In this document: positions 49,399-63,071 of the stretch, one piece after another
Layout of the letters: each line of letters starts with the position of its first letter
Numbering within the stretch: position 1 is the stretch's first letter
Source: Sphagnum compactum
Lineage: Eukaryota
Direction of reading: 5' to 3'
Assembly: GCA_965153455.1 (NCBI GenBank)
Contig: OZ234493.1
Span: 17,288,213 to 17,352,212, forward strand
DNA: 64,000 nucleotides
Translations under genes and position numbers: made by a program
The notes under the pieces: model-generated
Told to the model about the DNA's origin: nothing
Database searches by the model: none
The model's input: only the letters and a program-made list of their open reading frames with translations

Positions 49399-50968
49399 GA
49401 TAGGTTGTTTGCACGCAAGGGAAACTGTTACGAAAAGTGAAAAAGTAGATTTGTATGTATAGGTTTGAACCAAGGTGGAACATGTCCTAAACCATCACGC
49501 AAGTACCCTACAGTACATGACAACTTCTCTACATGAGTTTTGTAATTCCATAAGTGGAGTTGTATGTTTGTTTGACCATATAAGGTGCGCCTTGTGAGTT
49601 GGGTTAGTGGAACATTCTTTAGTAGCATTGTTTATCAATATTGTCCAATATTGATTATCATTTACTAAATCAATACCAAAAAAAACCTCAACCTCCGCCC
49701 CCTCTTCTTCAACACATCAAAAAATCAAAATAAATAAATAAAGGCGCACCCCCTCCCTTGACCCTTGACCCCCTATCCCTAGCCACTCCACGATGAAAAA
49801 ACAAAATTTAAAAAAAAAGAAAAAAAGACACCCCTTTCCCTTCCTCCTTCCACATGTCAAATGAAGGAAAAAAAAAACATTACCCTCCACCCCCCCTCCC
49901 CTTCAATAGTAAAAAAAATAAGAAAAAAAAATCAAGGTGCACCCTTTCCCCCGTCCCATAATGAATTTGTAAAAACCCTAAACCCCTGGTGAACCCCTCC
50001 CTATCCTCTCCACAATGAACAAAACATTTCCAGAAAAACCCAATGTACCCCTTTCCCCCCTCCTCCTTCCACCTTTTCATATATATATAGGGGAAAAAAA
50101 ACATTGACCCCCACCCCCCTCCCCTTCAACAATAAAAAACAGAATAAAAAAAATCAACTTGCACCCTTTCCCTCGGTGCACCCTTTCCCCCGTCCCATAA
50201 TGATTTTGTATAAAACAGTACCCCCTTCCCCTCCCTAGCCTCTCCACAATGAAAGAAAAACATTTCCAGATTACCTTAAATGTACCCCTTTCCCCCCTCC
50301 TCCTTCCACCTTTTCATATGTATACGAAAAAGAAAATATTAACCTCCACACCCTCCCCCCTTAAAAGTAAAAAAAAAAGAAGGAAAAAAATCGAGGTGTG
50401 CACCCCTTTCCCCCCTCGCACAATGAATAAAATATAAACCCTGGCCTTCCTGGCCCAGTAAAAAGTAATTTATGAAAGTTACAAGTAGTAAAAAAAGTTT
50501 TAAAAAGTAACAAACTTTACCTCTGTTTCAACAGTAAAAAGTAACTTATAAAAGTTATGAGCAGTAAAAAAAAGTAACAAAAAGTGAAAAAGGTCAACGA
50601 AAACAGCCCTGCACTACGGTAAAACAGCCCCACACTGCGGTGCTTTTTTGGTGGTCAAACAGCCCCCAACCCCGCGCACTGCGAGCGTAGTGCGCAGATC
50701 ATATGTATAGGAATCCATCTCACTTGAGCATTGATTTAGTGTGATTAAATTACATGCATCGAGGTGAGGAGAAGAGAGCTCGCCAACAATTTGGTGACCA
50801 ACGAGCCGACAGAATTATCAATGAGCACCGGGAAAAATCTGGCCCCCATCAACATTGCCTAACCAAACAGCTCAAAAACAATGTTCATGGGGCCTCCCCT
50901 AATAGCCTCAGAAATTATGCATGTGAGTAAGTTTTTATTAAAATAAATTTCTAGATTATTATTCCTTA

Positions 50969-51556
50969 CTAGTGGGTGCCCGTGGCCGATGGCCACCTTG
51001 AAGTCCCCCGTGGGTGCCCGTGACCTTGGGCCACTGTGAAGTTTTATACGTTTTATTTTTTCTTATCTTTTACTCTTTATTTGGCCCCTGCCTTGCCCGC
51101 CCTTTTATTTTTTCTTATCTTTTACTCTTTATTTGGCCCCTGCCCTGCCCGCCCTTTTATTTTTCCTTATCTTTTACTCTTTATTTGGCCCCTGCCTTGC
51201 CCGCCCTTTTATTTTTCCTTATCTTTTATTCTTTATTTGGCCCCTGCCCTTCCCGCACGGCCCTGCCCCCTGCCCTGCAAGACAGATGGACAGACGGACC
51301 CTGCCCTGCCCCCTGCCCCACCCTGCCCTGTCTGGCCGCCCGTTTTTCGAATCCAGTTTTCCGCCGGTCCATTAAAACGCAGAACTATCGTCGGACGCAC
51401 AGACACTGTTGTAATTATATAAAAAAAAAATTCTACTGTCCGCCTAAGACAGTCGCCATTTAATGTAAATTGATGGATGAACGGATGGACGGATGGACGA
51501 TGGGACGAACGGATGGATGGAAAGGATCATTTCATCTCGACGTCTTTTATTATATA
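50969..51556 (-). mobile_element. Non-autonomous Helitron inserted in the first 390-bp repeat unit
   Basis: Canonical 3' end on the minus strand: hairpin GTGGCC-ATC-GGCCAC, 9 nt, CTAG|T. The other end resembles the GGATGG-rich 5' region of 7460-7560. Confidence 0.7.
51062..51250. repeat. 52-bp minisatellite, ~3.6 copies, inside the Helitron
   Basis: CTTATCTTTTA at 51062, 51114, 51166 and 51218. Confidence 0.95.
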
Positions 51557-52460
51557 TTATTCCTTATAAAAATTTCTTTTCCGGCAAATGTGACGACCAA
51601 CCAATAAATGCAATAACATAATTATGAAATTAAGAACAAGACATTCACAGACATTCACATGGCATTTACAGGTCCGACAAAATTCCAGGAATCCATTTTA
51701 GTAGAGCATTGATTTAGTGTGACTAAATTACATGCATCGAGGTTAACAGAAGAGAGCTTGCCAACAATTCGGTGACCAATCAGCCGACCGAATCACCAAC
51801 GAGCACCGAGTAGAACCCGGCCCCCACAAACATTGCCTAACCAAACAGCTCAAAAACAATGTTCATTGGGCCTCCCCGAATAACCTCACAGATTGTGCAT
51901 GTAATCCAGCTTCTCTTGAAATGGATTCCTAGAATTAATCCTTATAAAGAAAAGATCATCCGACGACGATGACAATCAACCAATGAATGCAATAAGATAA
52001 CCATGAGATTGAGAACAAACCTGGAATCATACGCACACACGCATTCCCATGGCATTTACAAGTCCAACAAAATTCCAGGAATCCATTTCAGAAGAGCATC
52101 GATTTAGTGTGACTAAATTACATGCATCGAGGTCAGCAGAAGAGAGCTCGCCAACAATTCGGTGACCAATCAGCTGACCAAATCACCAACGAGCACCGAG
52201 TAGAATCCAGCCCCCACAAACATTGCCTAACCAAACAGCTCAAAAACAATGTTCATGGGGCCTCCCCGAATAACCTCACAGATTGAACATGTAATCCAGC
52301 TCCTCTTGAAATGGATTCCTAGAATTAATCCTTATAAAAACAAGATCATCCGACGACCATGACAACCAACCAATGAATGCAATAAGATAACCATGAGATT
52401 GAGAACAAACCTGGAATCATACCCACACACGCATTCCCATGGCATTTACAAGTCCAACAA

Positions 52461-52716
52461 AATTCCAGGAATCCATTTCAGAAGAGCATCGATTTAGTGT
52501 GACTAAATTACATGCATCGAGGTCAGCAGAAGAGAGCTTGCCAACAATTCGGTGACCAATCAGCTGACCGAATCACCAACGAGCACCGAGTAGAACCCGG
52601 CCCCCACAAACATTGCCTAACCAAACAGCTCAAAAACAATGTTCATGGGGCCTCCCCGAATAACCTCACAGATTGTGCATGTAATCCAGCTTCTCTTGAA
52701 ATGGATTCCTAGAATT
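52461..52716 (-). ncRNA. Candidate structured RNA (~255 nt), one per 390-bp unit; family unknown
   Basis: Nested complementary segments, with mismatches that become G-U pairs only on the minus strand (see findings). Confidence 0.35.
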
Positions 52717-54481
52717 AATCCTTATAAAGAAAAGATCATCCGACGACCATGACAACCAACCAGTGAATGCAATAAGATAACCATGAGATTGAGAACAAAC
52801 CTGAAATCATACGCACACAGACATTCCCATGGCATTTACAGGTCCAATAAAAATCCAGGAATCCATTTCAGCAGAGCATCAATTTAGTGTGACTAAATTA
52901 CATGCATCGAGGTCAGCAGAAGAGAGCTTGCCAACAATTCGGTGACCAATCAGCCGACCGAATCACCAATGAGCACCGAGTAGAACCCGGCCCCCACAAA
53001 CATTGCCTAACCAAACAGCTCAAAAACAATGTTCATGGAGCCTCCCCTAATAACCTCACAGATTGTGCATGTTATCCAGCTTCTTTTGAAATGGATTCCT
53101 AGAATTAATCCTTATAAGAAAAAGATTTTTCCGACAACCATGACAAGGAACTAGCAAATGCAATAAGATAACTATGAGATTAACAAACCAAGAATCATGT
53201 GCACACAAACATTCACACAGCATTTACAAGCATTTATGGACATTTACAAAGACTTCGAAAGACAAAGCAAAGGTCATTGCCACAATGTACTTCTAAGAAC
53301 TCGCGGACTCTCTAGAAAGAACATAAAAGAAAGGGAAGAAGATATAACTCCTCGTCTTGTTTCACAAATACTCACCCGATCTCACAAATGCCGGTACTTC
53401 GGCATTTTAGAACCAGTGCAGCTCGAGGAGAATAAGGTTCACCTTCCTCGACTATTTCGGACACATTGTCCTGCAATACACAAGTATCAAAGACTCCGCG
53501 AAAGAACGCCACCACCTGTTTTCCATCTTGGACTGTAGTCAGAAAGTAATGACTACAAGAGCAACAACACTATCTTGACAACAACTTTTCAGAGCTAACA
53601 CTGCTTCCTGAGGATTGGCATAAGCTAGATTGGAACATGCACATCAACTCTCAGTGAAAGCAGGAACTAGAGGCCACCAACCAACAAGTTTCTGAGATGG
53701 AAGGTTTTCAGAAACTGGGAAGTTTTTTGAGAAGGAGCATGGAGGGTGGAAAGGAAATTTGGGCAAGAAACCTGTGGTGCAAGTTCATGGATTCCTACTT
53801 TCTTAATGCTCTCACCCTTTCCATTGCATTGACGCACTATCAGAAGCAAAACACAAAACAAACCCATGAGCACATTATGAATGTCTAGCTCTATTCTCTC
53901 TAGAAGACTCCGTGAGGGCAACAAGCATGGAAACGGCCAATAACAGAATAAAAACAGGGTTTAGTTCTCAAAGACGACATTAAGAAGTATTAAAACTGGA
54001 GTCACATTGCAATACAGCAGACAGTTTCCAAACTGCAACACTGGTTCACAAGATAACCTGGTCACTCATTCACACAGAAATCCAACCATGTGAACCAAAA
54101 GGCATCAAAAGACAGTGTTTCCCCATCATGGTAGCCATCAACAGACATGGCTTCAGAGTGACTCCTACAGAAAGATATGCAGGGCAAACTTTACAAATAG
54201 ACACACCTTCGCAATGTCCAATCAATTGTCGTCTTTGCATAATACAAGATCTCCTGCACAGGTGCCCATAACAAGCAGACAGAAAGAGGGAGGATGTAGT
54301 TTGTTGCCTATACCAGGCTTACAACCAGACAACCAGAGACAGAGAACAACAACAAGGTTTCATATACAACGAGGGAGAATTGGAAGAGATGGGGTTGCCA
54401 TTGACCAACAAATAAAGGCCTGTTTAATCAAGAAAGATGCAGAAAGGTTGAGGACAGTGATAGGGGAATGTGGGGACTCAC

Positions 54482-54814
54482 TCTGTCCTTCATCCTCCAC
54501 TTGGAAACAACGCCACTCTCCAGCGGCCCAGCCAACGTGACTGGTTCCGCAGCATCATGCCGCAAGTCAGAAAGGTAGAGGTTATGCGGAAAGTGTGGCA
54601 CGCTGGCTGCCGCCTCTACTCCTCCTCCTCCCCAGCGGCGCTGCTCCTCAGCAGTATGTTGTGCCTCCTCCTCCTCCACTCGCCCGGTTCCAGTAAGGTG
54701 GTCGTCCATGAGCTGCTGCGGAATTGACGGCAAGCGCCGTGCGGGACCTAAAGTGCCGCCTGAAATGCTTTCCAGGGAGCGCTGCCTACACAAAACAAAG
54801 TCTCCTAGCGCCAT
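54482..54814 (-). pseudogene. RAPTOR: RAPTOR first coding exon; following RAPTOR exons not found
   Basis: MALGD...PHNLYLSDLRHDAAE...VVSKWRMKDR followed by donor GTGAGT matches the plant RAPTOR N-terminus (MALGD...LCELRHDASE...PKWRLKER). The expected MKTGCVALVLCLN exon was not seen downstream. Confidence 0.75.
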
Positions 54815-57800
54815 TCGCCCCCCGCCACCTCAAACCCCACCATATCCCACTCTAGTTTTTTTGGGTTTGTGTTGGAAACTCAACGCTCTTCTTCCACTGC
54901 CTCCCTCCTTCCACGGCACCTCAGATCGCTATGGAGGCATCCCAGCCGCGCCACGGAGCTGCAACAAAATTTTGAACAAGATGCTCTCTCTCTCTCTCTC
55001 TCCACAGGGGTCTGATCTACAGGGTTTCAGCAAGGTTTGCATGAAAGGAAACTACGGCAGAGGACAAAACATCTGGAGGCCGCCATTGCACAAAAGCAGA
55101 CGGCTCTCGAGGTTCAAACATCTCCACGCTCTAAAATCGTGCTACAGGGACGGGAACAGTTCAACCCTTTTAACAAGGAGTTGTTTCTTGTCCTTTTCAG
55201 CTCTCCATCTTTATCCCCCTTCTTCGTTTCCTTCTTTGTTTGTCTCCTGCTTCTTCTTCTTCTTCTTCTTCGTCTCCTTTGGTCTTACAAAAATCCCACG
55301 CACAGGCGGACAGGCAAGAAGGCAGCTAAACCGAAAGAGGTCTTTCCGGAACAGGAACGAAAAAAACCGAAAAAGACTTCAACAACGAGAAAAGAAACCC
55401 ACAAAACAAAAAGCAGAGAACGTCGAGAAGCCCTACAAAACACATCTACTGTAAACTGTTTGTTTCTTGCAGCAACAGACAGAAGAAACGAACACAAAAA
55501 TATTTCCTCCGTTTTGTTGCGTTCCTTCCTTCCTTCCTCGACTTACATCTGTTTGTTTTTTATTCCTGCATTTCATCGGAGGAGTTTTTGTGGAGCAGTT
55601 TCGGCTTGAACTTCTTCCACGAATGATGATCCGTCCGTCACCAACATCAATAGCAACTCCCGTCCGTCCAACAAAACAGCAAAATATACACACAACGACA
55701 AAGAATTCCTGCCGGACGCCAGTGCACGGTACTGACACAACATAATAGGTGTGGAAGCGGGGGAACTCTGACACCGTAAGCAGGAACTGGAAGAAGATAA
55801 GAAAAAGCCCAGCAGCAAAGAAAAATGCTCAGTAAATAGGTAAACTCTACTGATAATTATTGTTTTTTAAAGTGTAATAAATTCGATTAATTTTGCTACA
55901 AAAAAATCATCGTCGTTTTTCAAACCAAAATGCTGTTAAAATTTCTGATAATTGAATTTTTAATTTTAATAAAATTTACTAACTTACTATTAAAAACTCG
56001 TAGTCTTTTTTCAAACCAATAATTCTGGTAAATTTTTGGACAATTGTATTTCGAAATGTAGTAACTTCACCTAATTTCCAATTAAAAAAACATCATTTTT
56101 CAAACCAGAATTTTGGATGATTGTGTTTTTCGTGTAAAATATGACAATTTTTTCTTTTCTTGAAAAACATTCACCAAATTCTTTACATCACAAAATCTGG
56201 AAAAGAATAAAAACAGCCATAGTAGTTTTTTTTATAAGTTTTTCAAAAGAATCCCTCACGTTTGTATCTTCTGTTTGTAAACCCTAAATTAAATTCTTTT
56301 TCTTTCTGTATTTCTTTCTCTCATTTTTTTTGGATTGGAAAAAAAAGCCACAAAGTTCCACAAGTTTTGAAGTTCCACATCAAACAAACTCAACTAAATT
56401 AAAACTAGATAATTATGTTTACTTGTGTTACTAGACAGTTATGAGTACAGTGAGGTATACATGTACCTTATACTTAATTGGCCAAGTTTATTGAAAGCAG
56501 ACTTTTTCTTGCTGGCCAATACAGCCAGAAAGCGAAAATTAAAAATTAAATAAATTAACTAAAGTTAAAAGTTTTTGTGTCTGGTGGTTCCAGTAAGTTG
56601 CCAAAAATATTATATGTTTTTTTACTATTATCATATTTATCTTGTAATCAAATTAGGCTAAATCCGCCTATGGATGACGGTTAGGTTGGCTATATCACAA
56701 AATTGACCCCAAAAGAAACGTTCGTTTGGGGAAAGAGAAAAAAAAAACCCGTTGGTGGCGCACATTAATAAGCAACATTGTCAGGAAATAAAGAAAGAAA
56801 AGCTAACCCGCACCCGATTAGGGAGCTTCTGTCGAAGTCGGGCTGGCAATTTTTTTTTTTTGGGAAGCACAACAACAGACGTGACCTTACAAGAACGAGC
56901 GCCCACCAGCGCACCGTCCACTGGATGCCCGTTATATACACAGTTGTGGATGAACCTCAAATTGGGTTAACGTTTGGATTCACCTCAGTAACCAATTGTG
57001 TAGGAAATAGCTCTCACACATAGGTAGGTACGTAGGTAGGAAATTACTAGTTGAGTAGATGGTTTATACATGGGAAAGGGTTGTTTTTACTACCTACCTA
57101 ATAACAACCTGCTTGTGGGTTGTTAATAGGTAGGTAGGAAAAAAAAGGGCAACTGAGCTAACTACCATGGTTAGCTGTGGAACTCGAGCCCAACAGAAAA
57201 CTGTTTCTGGAACACTTATCATTCATCCGTCATGCTGCATTGGCAGTTGCTGGTTCACCGTGGCCCCTTGATGTACCTTACTATCTTACTACTTATCCCC
57301 CAGCGAAAGTTACTAAACGAGGTACTAACTGAACCAGGACTCTTGACGGGTGCCGGGTAGCAGGTGATGAGCAGAGGCGGGAAACTTGCAACCCGTTAAC
57401 TTCCCCCGTCCGCGGCCGCGCCCTCGCTCGTGCGGTCCATTTCTGGGCGCATTGACCGATGGACCTGCTTTGTCCGACCGGCATGGCAACAAATTTGTCC
57501 CCATTTGGGCCCACCACACAGGAGCTGACACGTCGTTATTTGGCCTCTCGAATTAGCCATTTGTAGCTGACCTTTTTAGTTGTACGTTCAATTTTATCGC
57601 CCAATGAGAACGCGCCAAGAAGTTGTGCGCCTCCAGATCGAGGAGTCCACCGGACTGGCACCAATGAGAAGGCGGCACCTGAACAAATGGGCTTTTCTTA
57701 GGTCGTTGGTTACTATCTCCCTTGCTGGCTGTGTGTGAAAAGGGATTCAAATAGTTTCGCATTCAATTTGGGTAGGTAAGTGTGCCCTGGAATGGGCACG

Positions 57801-60800
57801 CAATTGACTGGACGGAAAAGTGCGGGGTATCCTGGGATTTCATGGCCTAGGGGGAAAAATGATTTTTAAGGGTGAGGGCCAATCGACCTGCGCCAAATCA
57901 GCAAAACAGACCCCCCTTTGGCGCCATCTTAGATGGGAGGTTGCCCATTCGAAAGGTGTAAAAGGCTGAAAAATCAAAAGCCCGCGAAAAAGTAAACAAA
58001 TACTTACGAGTTCGCACATAGGGAGCACAGAGATGATGAGGGCAAATTTTTTTGAACTGATGGACTGGGGTTAATTATGAACTGCCACTTCGGCTAGTTT
58101 TATTGGCATCACTTTTGGCCATCTCCCATTATTTGGCCCCTTTTCGACCCCATTCACGAATAAATTGCCTTTGTTACACTTGCCAGTTCTTGAGTAGTGC
58201 CGTTTTATGGTAAGTGAATGTGAAACGTGTTAAAATTCGGCATCGAGCAACGTCTAGGGGCTTGGGGGTTGGCAATCAAGCCTTTGCTTCTCATCAAATC
58301 TGGGTAGTTCAAAACGGGCTTTTGGCCAGCTCTTTGTGAGGCCAAATTTGGCTCTTGACCAGATTTGTGACAGGAAAAACCATATTGGTATAGGTCAAAT
58401 GGAAGGGAAAATGTTCCCTCCACCCCCCCCTCTTTCGGGCCTTTGAGCTTTATGACCACTTGACCCTAAACCCTCTTTCTTTTCACTCCCATCCTCTTTT
58501 CTGGTGTTCTGTTGTCATAAAGTTTGGTGGGTTTACATCATTCGTCTATGGACATGGGGAAACCCATCCTATCACCTTTGCTGGACGTGTTCATGTTAGG
58601 AGTTCCCTCTTTAATGGTGATTGTCAATTGAGTTTGCGTCTAATGAATGATACGTTGTCAACGTCAGTAGTGAGAGAGAGATAATTAGATGGATGAATAA
58701 TTTTAAGGTAAGCTTTCATTTATGTGATACTTTTAAGGTAGGTTTTAATACACATGGACCTCCAACATTTATTTTACATGCAAAAGGATATGCTTTGCAT
58801 TTCAGGTCATGCTAGCAAAATATTCAGGAATTCATTGAAGTTGCTCTTGATTTTAAGGACCTTTTTTTGGTAGTAGGTCTTCACTGATATGTAACTTGTT
58901 TCTACCAGGGAAATTTGCAAAGACTCGGAATATAAATATATATTTGAAATGAATTAAAACTGCCCCCTTTTGTGGAAGAGCCCGACCCTCCTTTATGAAG
59001 CTCCCCCGAGGGAGCCGTTGAGGAGGCTCGCGCCACCCAAACCAAAACCGAAGCCCGACGAAACGTTGGAATCTTCCCTGAAGTCATCCCATCTTAGGGC
59101 CTTTGTTCACCCCCCCCCCCCATCCTCTATTCGAGGGAGGTCGTAAAGAAAGTATATTTGAATAAATCTGGGTATGAAATGCTAAAACCCAGCATTTAAT
59201 ACACTAGGTTGGAGGTAATTAGGTTCTTTGATTTTCTGGGAACCGCTTGTGAAGGGTCCCGGGTACTCAAACCTACGCACTAGTTATTTTATTTGAAAAA
59301 GGAGAGAACCGCCCAACACTGGTTTAATATGGAGCACCCAAAAAACACAGATTTCAAGTGGGATCTTTTTTGTAGAACTCAAAATGGAAAAACGAGAAAG
59401 AAGAAGAGACAAAACCCACTTAAGAAATAGAAATGCTTAGCGACAGGTGCATCACCCCAACATCAGGTAAAGTGGTGAAACCCTGCAAAAACTTTATTAA
59501 CAAACACAGAGAAGATTTCGAAATGTACGGTACAAAGGAATAATTAAAAAAGGAAAATGGAGAAGTTCCAGGATGTCAACTTAGTTCAGGTGAAGTAGTT
59601 TTTTTCTTTCGTGGCTCTGTCTCTTTGAGGGAGGAGGGACCACCCAATAATGTACCTAGTTTTCATTTGGTCCCACATTTTCAGGAATGTCCACCACGTG
59701 TCCTAACTTGTGAGACTTCATGGAAACATTTCACCGAACTTGCCATAAGGGACAAGGTAATGTGATTTTGTCTCAATAGGTAGTGTGTAGTTGCAAAGTA
59801 GATTACCAAAAGTGAGCGACTTGGGAGCTGCAAATCTAAAGTACGCACCTACTGGCTAAGTACGCACAAACCATGTAGGTTCAAGTTGCGTACTTAAGCG
59901 GGAGACTACTGTAGGCACAATCTTCTCCAGCCAAGGGGGGGGGCTAAAAATTGATGTGACGTGTAAACTTTTCATTGGCAATGATGTCAACATTCCAACA
60001 ATTCGCATTGGTTCCGCCATCATATTTGGCACCCATTCGGACTTCAAGTCCCTTTCAAATGCAAGCGGATCATACCTTAAGGCCTGGTATACAAAATAAT
60101 ACCAATATGGGCCATGTATCGGTGACCAAAAATAATCTACCCCATATTGGGGTTGTGTATCGACGATGGACATGATCCAGGGGGCATTGGGAAAATGAAA
60201 ATGATCTGCGCAATTGGTGTTTTTCCTGGCAGTTAAAAGTGATATCAATAATGTGTGGATGACCAAAAATAATCCACATCGTCCATGCCTTACCAAAAAA
60301 GGATCCACCCTATGGAGTGAATATAAATCATCTCTTTCGTCCACGGGCGATTGAAAATGATCCACTACATCCACGGATGTTTGGAAATGATCTACCCCAT
60401 CCAATCGGTCGATCGCAATGGTTACCATGTTATCGCGACCGCTGTGCCCTGGAAATTAAAATAGATGAGAAAAGTCAAAACATGCTGGTTTGGTGCAGCA
60501 AAATGGTTTTGGCCGGGCATTCTTGTACATTTTGCTGAGGCTGGTAAAAGGCACAACAAAGCCTCACACCTGCTCTTGATTGGCTAGATAGTTTGATTGG
60601 TCCGGATGGGTCGCTATTAGCACCCATTCCACCCATTTTCAGTGCTAGTTTTATAGGTATTCTTGAAAAAAATTGTAAACAACCAAAACTTGGATGCCAT
60701 AAATATATTTTCAGGGTCACAAACTGAGCACCGCTAGAGATGCCCTTAAATGGAAAATCATAACAAATTTTTATCCCAAAAATGTTGAAGACTGTTAACC

Positions 60801-63071
60801 ACCATTGCAGGATGAACAGCCACAGGATGCATTCTTGGGTTCTAAATAAGCAAAGCTGTATATGATGCCAGCAGACTCGCAGAGCTGGAGGGGAAGAAGA
60901 TCTGCATCTGGCTTGAAGACTGGGTTTTTAAACATTGACTACAGTAGACTACCAATGCGTACCACTTACCGAACAATGAAGTGAAATGTGCTTGGTGGTT
61001 GGTACAAGCCGCCACCGGTTGTACTGCAAGTCTATTGGCCAAGAGTTTGCTTTTTTATCTGAAATTTGGGTTAAGAATGGTGAGCTCTCTATTGCATTTT
61101 CCAAAGCTAATATTGTGGCCACCATTGTTTAATGAATACCCCACCTCATGGGGATCTCCAGAATGCAACAATATGCATATATTGCTAGCGCATGCAGAGC
61201 GTGCCAACAACAATGAAAACTTTGAACAGTAGGCGTTGTCTTTTATTGGAGCAACAACACTCTCATATATATATTTTTGTGCAAATGTTTTTCCTGGATA
61301 AGGCTTATCCAAATTTGATTGTGGGTATTGATGCTCTAGATAGATTACAGCATTGATTTTTATCATTTCTAAACATTACAAGTATCGCTAGTTTTAATAT
61401 TTAGTGGGCTGGGTTTGTCAAGTCCAAATTTAAGATTTTGCAGGTTAAATATATGCACTAAGAGGCCTCAATCAGGGGTTTGGATGAATTAGCACCTGCA
61501 AAGGTACTGTGGTATAAACATTATTGCTTCTAAACATTATAAATACCTGCCTTGGATGAAGGAGCACCAACATTGATGCCATGGTCGAAATTAAAAAAAT
61601 CATTTGAATCGTCTCTAAATATTACAAATATCCCATGATTAGACAAAACCACAGGCTCTGATTCCAAATCTAACATCTCTTGGGTTTTAATTTGGCCACT
61701 AACCTGCCTCACTCAAGAAGCTGAAGGTGACCAACCAGTTGTCAGTGTAGGCCACAAGTTGGCCAGGGTGAACCCGGCACCCATGTTGGTACCTTGACCT
61801 TTTTGAATGAGCCCTCTGAGTGGCCATATTAAGCCCAAAAAAATGTTAAATCTGAACTCGGACACCCTGATTTAGTCTAAGCATGGGATACTTGTAATGT
61901 TTAGAAATAATTTAAATGGACTAGCTTGGGTTCACCCAAAGGCTCTCAAGTCACTGTGTGCTTGTTGGTTGATTGAATATCATTGAAACTACTTAATTGC
62001 TAGATGGGAATTTGGAAAAGTTTCTCAGAGTCCACAATTTTTTTATCTAAACAATCAAGGCTTTGATACTAGTGTTGCCCTGTTATTGGGGAATTTTTTT
62101 AGAATAAATATGTTGGGTACTAATAGAGGGCACAATGACAGGCTATTTCAACCTACATGCCGAATCTCACTAGCAGCAACATTTATTTTGGAAAAAAAAA
62201 AAGGTGAGTTAGAGTTGCGCAATAAGTCCAAGACCATATAATTCACAGGGCTCTTGTGAAAATACCCTCCAATCTCATTTGTATAGTTGAATCCATCAGA
62301 GACATGTCTGTGGACATCAGCTGCAGAAGGCGTCCAGGTGGTGAAGAAGACTTGTGTATGCCAGTGATTTTGCAGCTGCTGCTGGCTTGTTTATCAGAGT
62401 GCCATGTGGCATCATTTCAAACACTTCCAAAGTAAAGATTTATTTCTTTCGTCGCCTTTCTTTCACAGCACTTGAATGATTTTGTCATAATTACATGAAA
62501 AATCCTTAGTTACGTCGACAGTAAAAATATTAATACCTGTCATAATATTGGGCGCTAGGCCTACCTCCACTCCAGGTCCCAGAAGGGACCAACTAGTTGT
62601 TTCCAGCAACTACAAACACAGTGAATGATTGCTAGTCACAGTATGAGACTTGGAAAAAAAAAAACAGTACTGATTTGGGACAGTTCGACTATTTACAGGA
62701 TCTTAACATACTGTTGTTCTCTAACGTTGTAGACCAAGCTGCCCAGAAAACTGAATACTACTTAGCCTACTACATGGGGGGGGGGGGGATAAACAAGGCA
62801 CTAGCAGCAGCAGACATTGACATGGCATTTACATTGACATGGCATTATTTGTCTGAGGTACATAGGGTTCACTTTTCTTTACAAGTTCCTCAAATAGGTC
62901 CAATGGGGGGAGGGCCCCCCAACATTTACTACCATTGTTACTGGCAACTGTCATTTGAGGTGGGCTGTAGCATTTTTACAAAATGGGTGGGCCTAGGTCT
63001 AGATATGGGTTATTTATTTATTTTCATTACAAAAAAGGTCCGAAAAATGGCTAAAAAATCACCCAAGTCAC

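Larger units (their letters stand above)
50709..53230. repeat. 390-bp tandem array (4 well-conserved units plus 1 degenerate, Helitron-interrupted unit)
   Basis: CATGCATCGAGG at 50752, 51731, 52121, 52511 and 52901. Confidence 0.95.

Noticed and set aside
51680-53110. Telomerase RNA, U17/snR30, retrozyme or SRP identity for the 390-bp unit
   Set aside because: No CCCUAAA template, no CUGANGA/GAAA hammerhead core and no SRP helix-8 motif. The ATTCCTA/AACCAT m1/m2-like words are on the poorly folding strand with wrong ACA spacing.
54708-55818. Plus-strand 248-aa and 190-aa ORFs
   Set aside because: Antisense to RAPTOR exon 1 and its microsatellite-rich 5' region; low complexity.
59856-61712. 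ORFs with GVDHF-like short repeats and a possible secreted-protein fragment
   Set aside because: No convincing motif or gene structure by eye.
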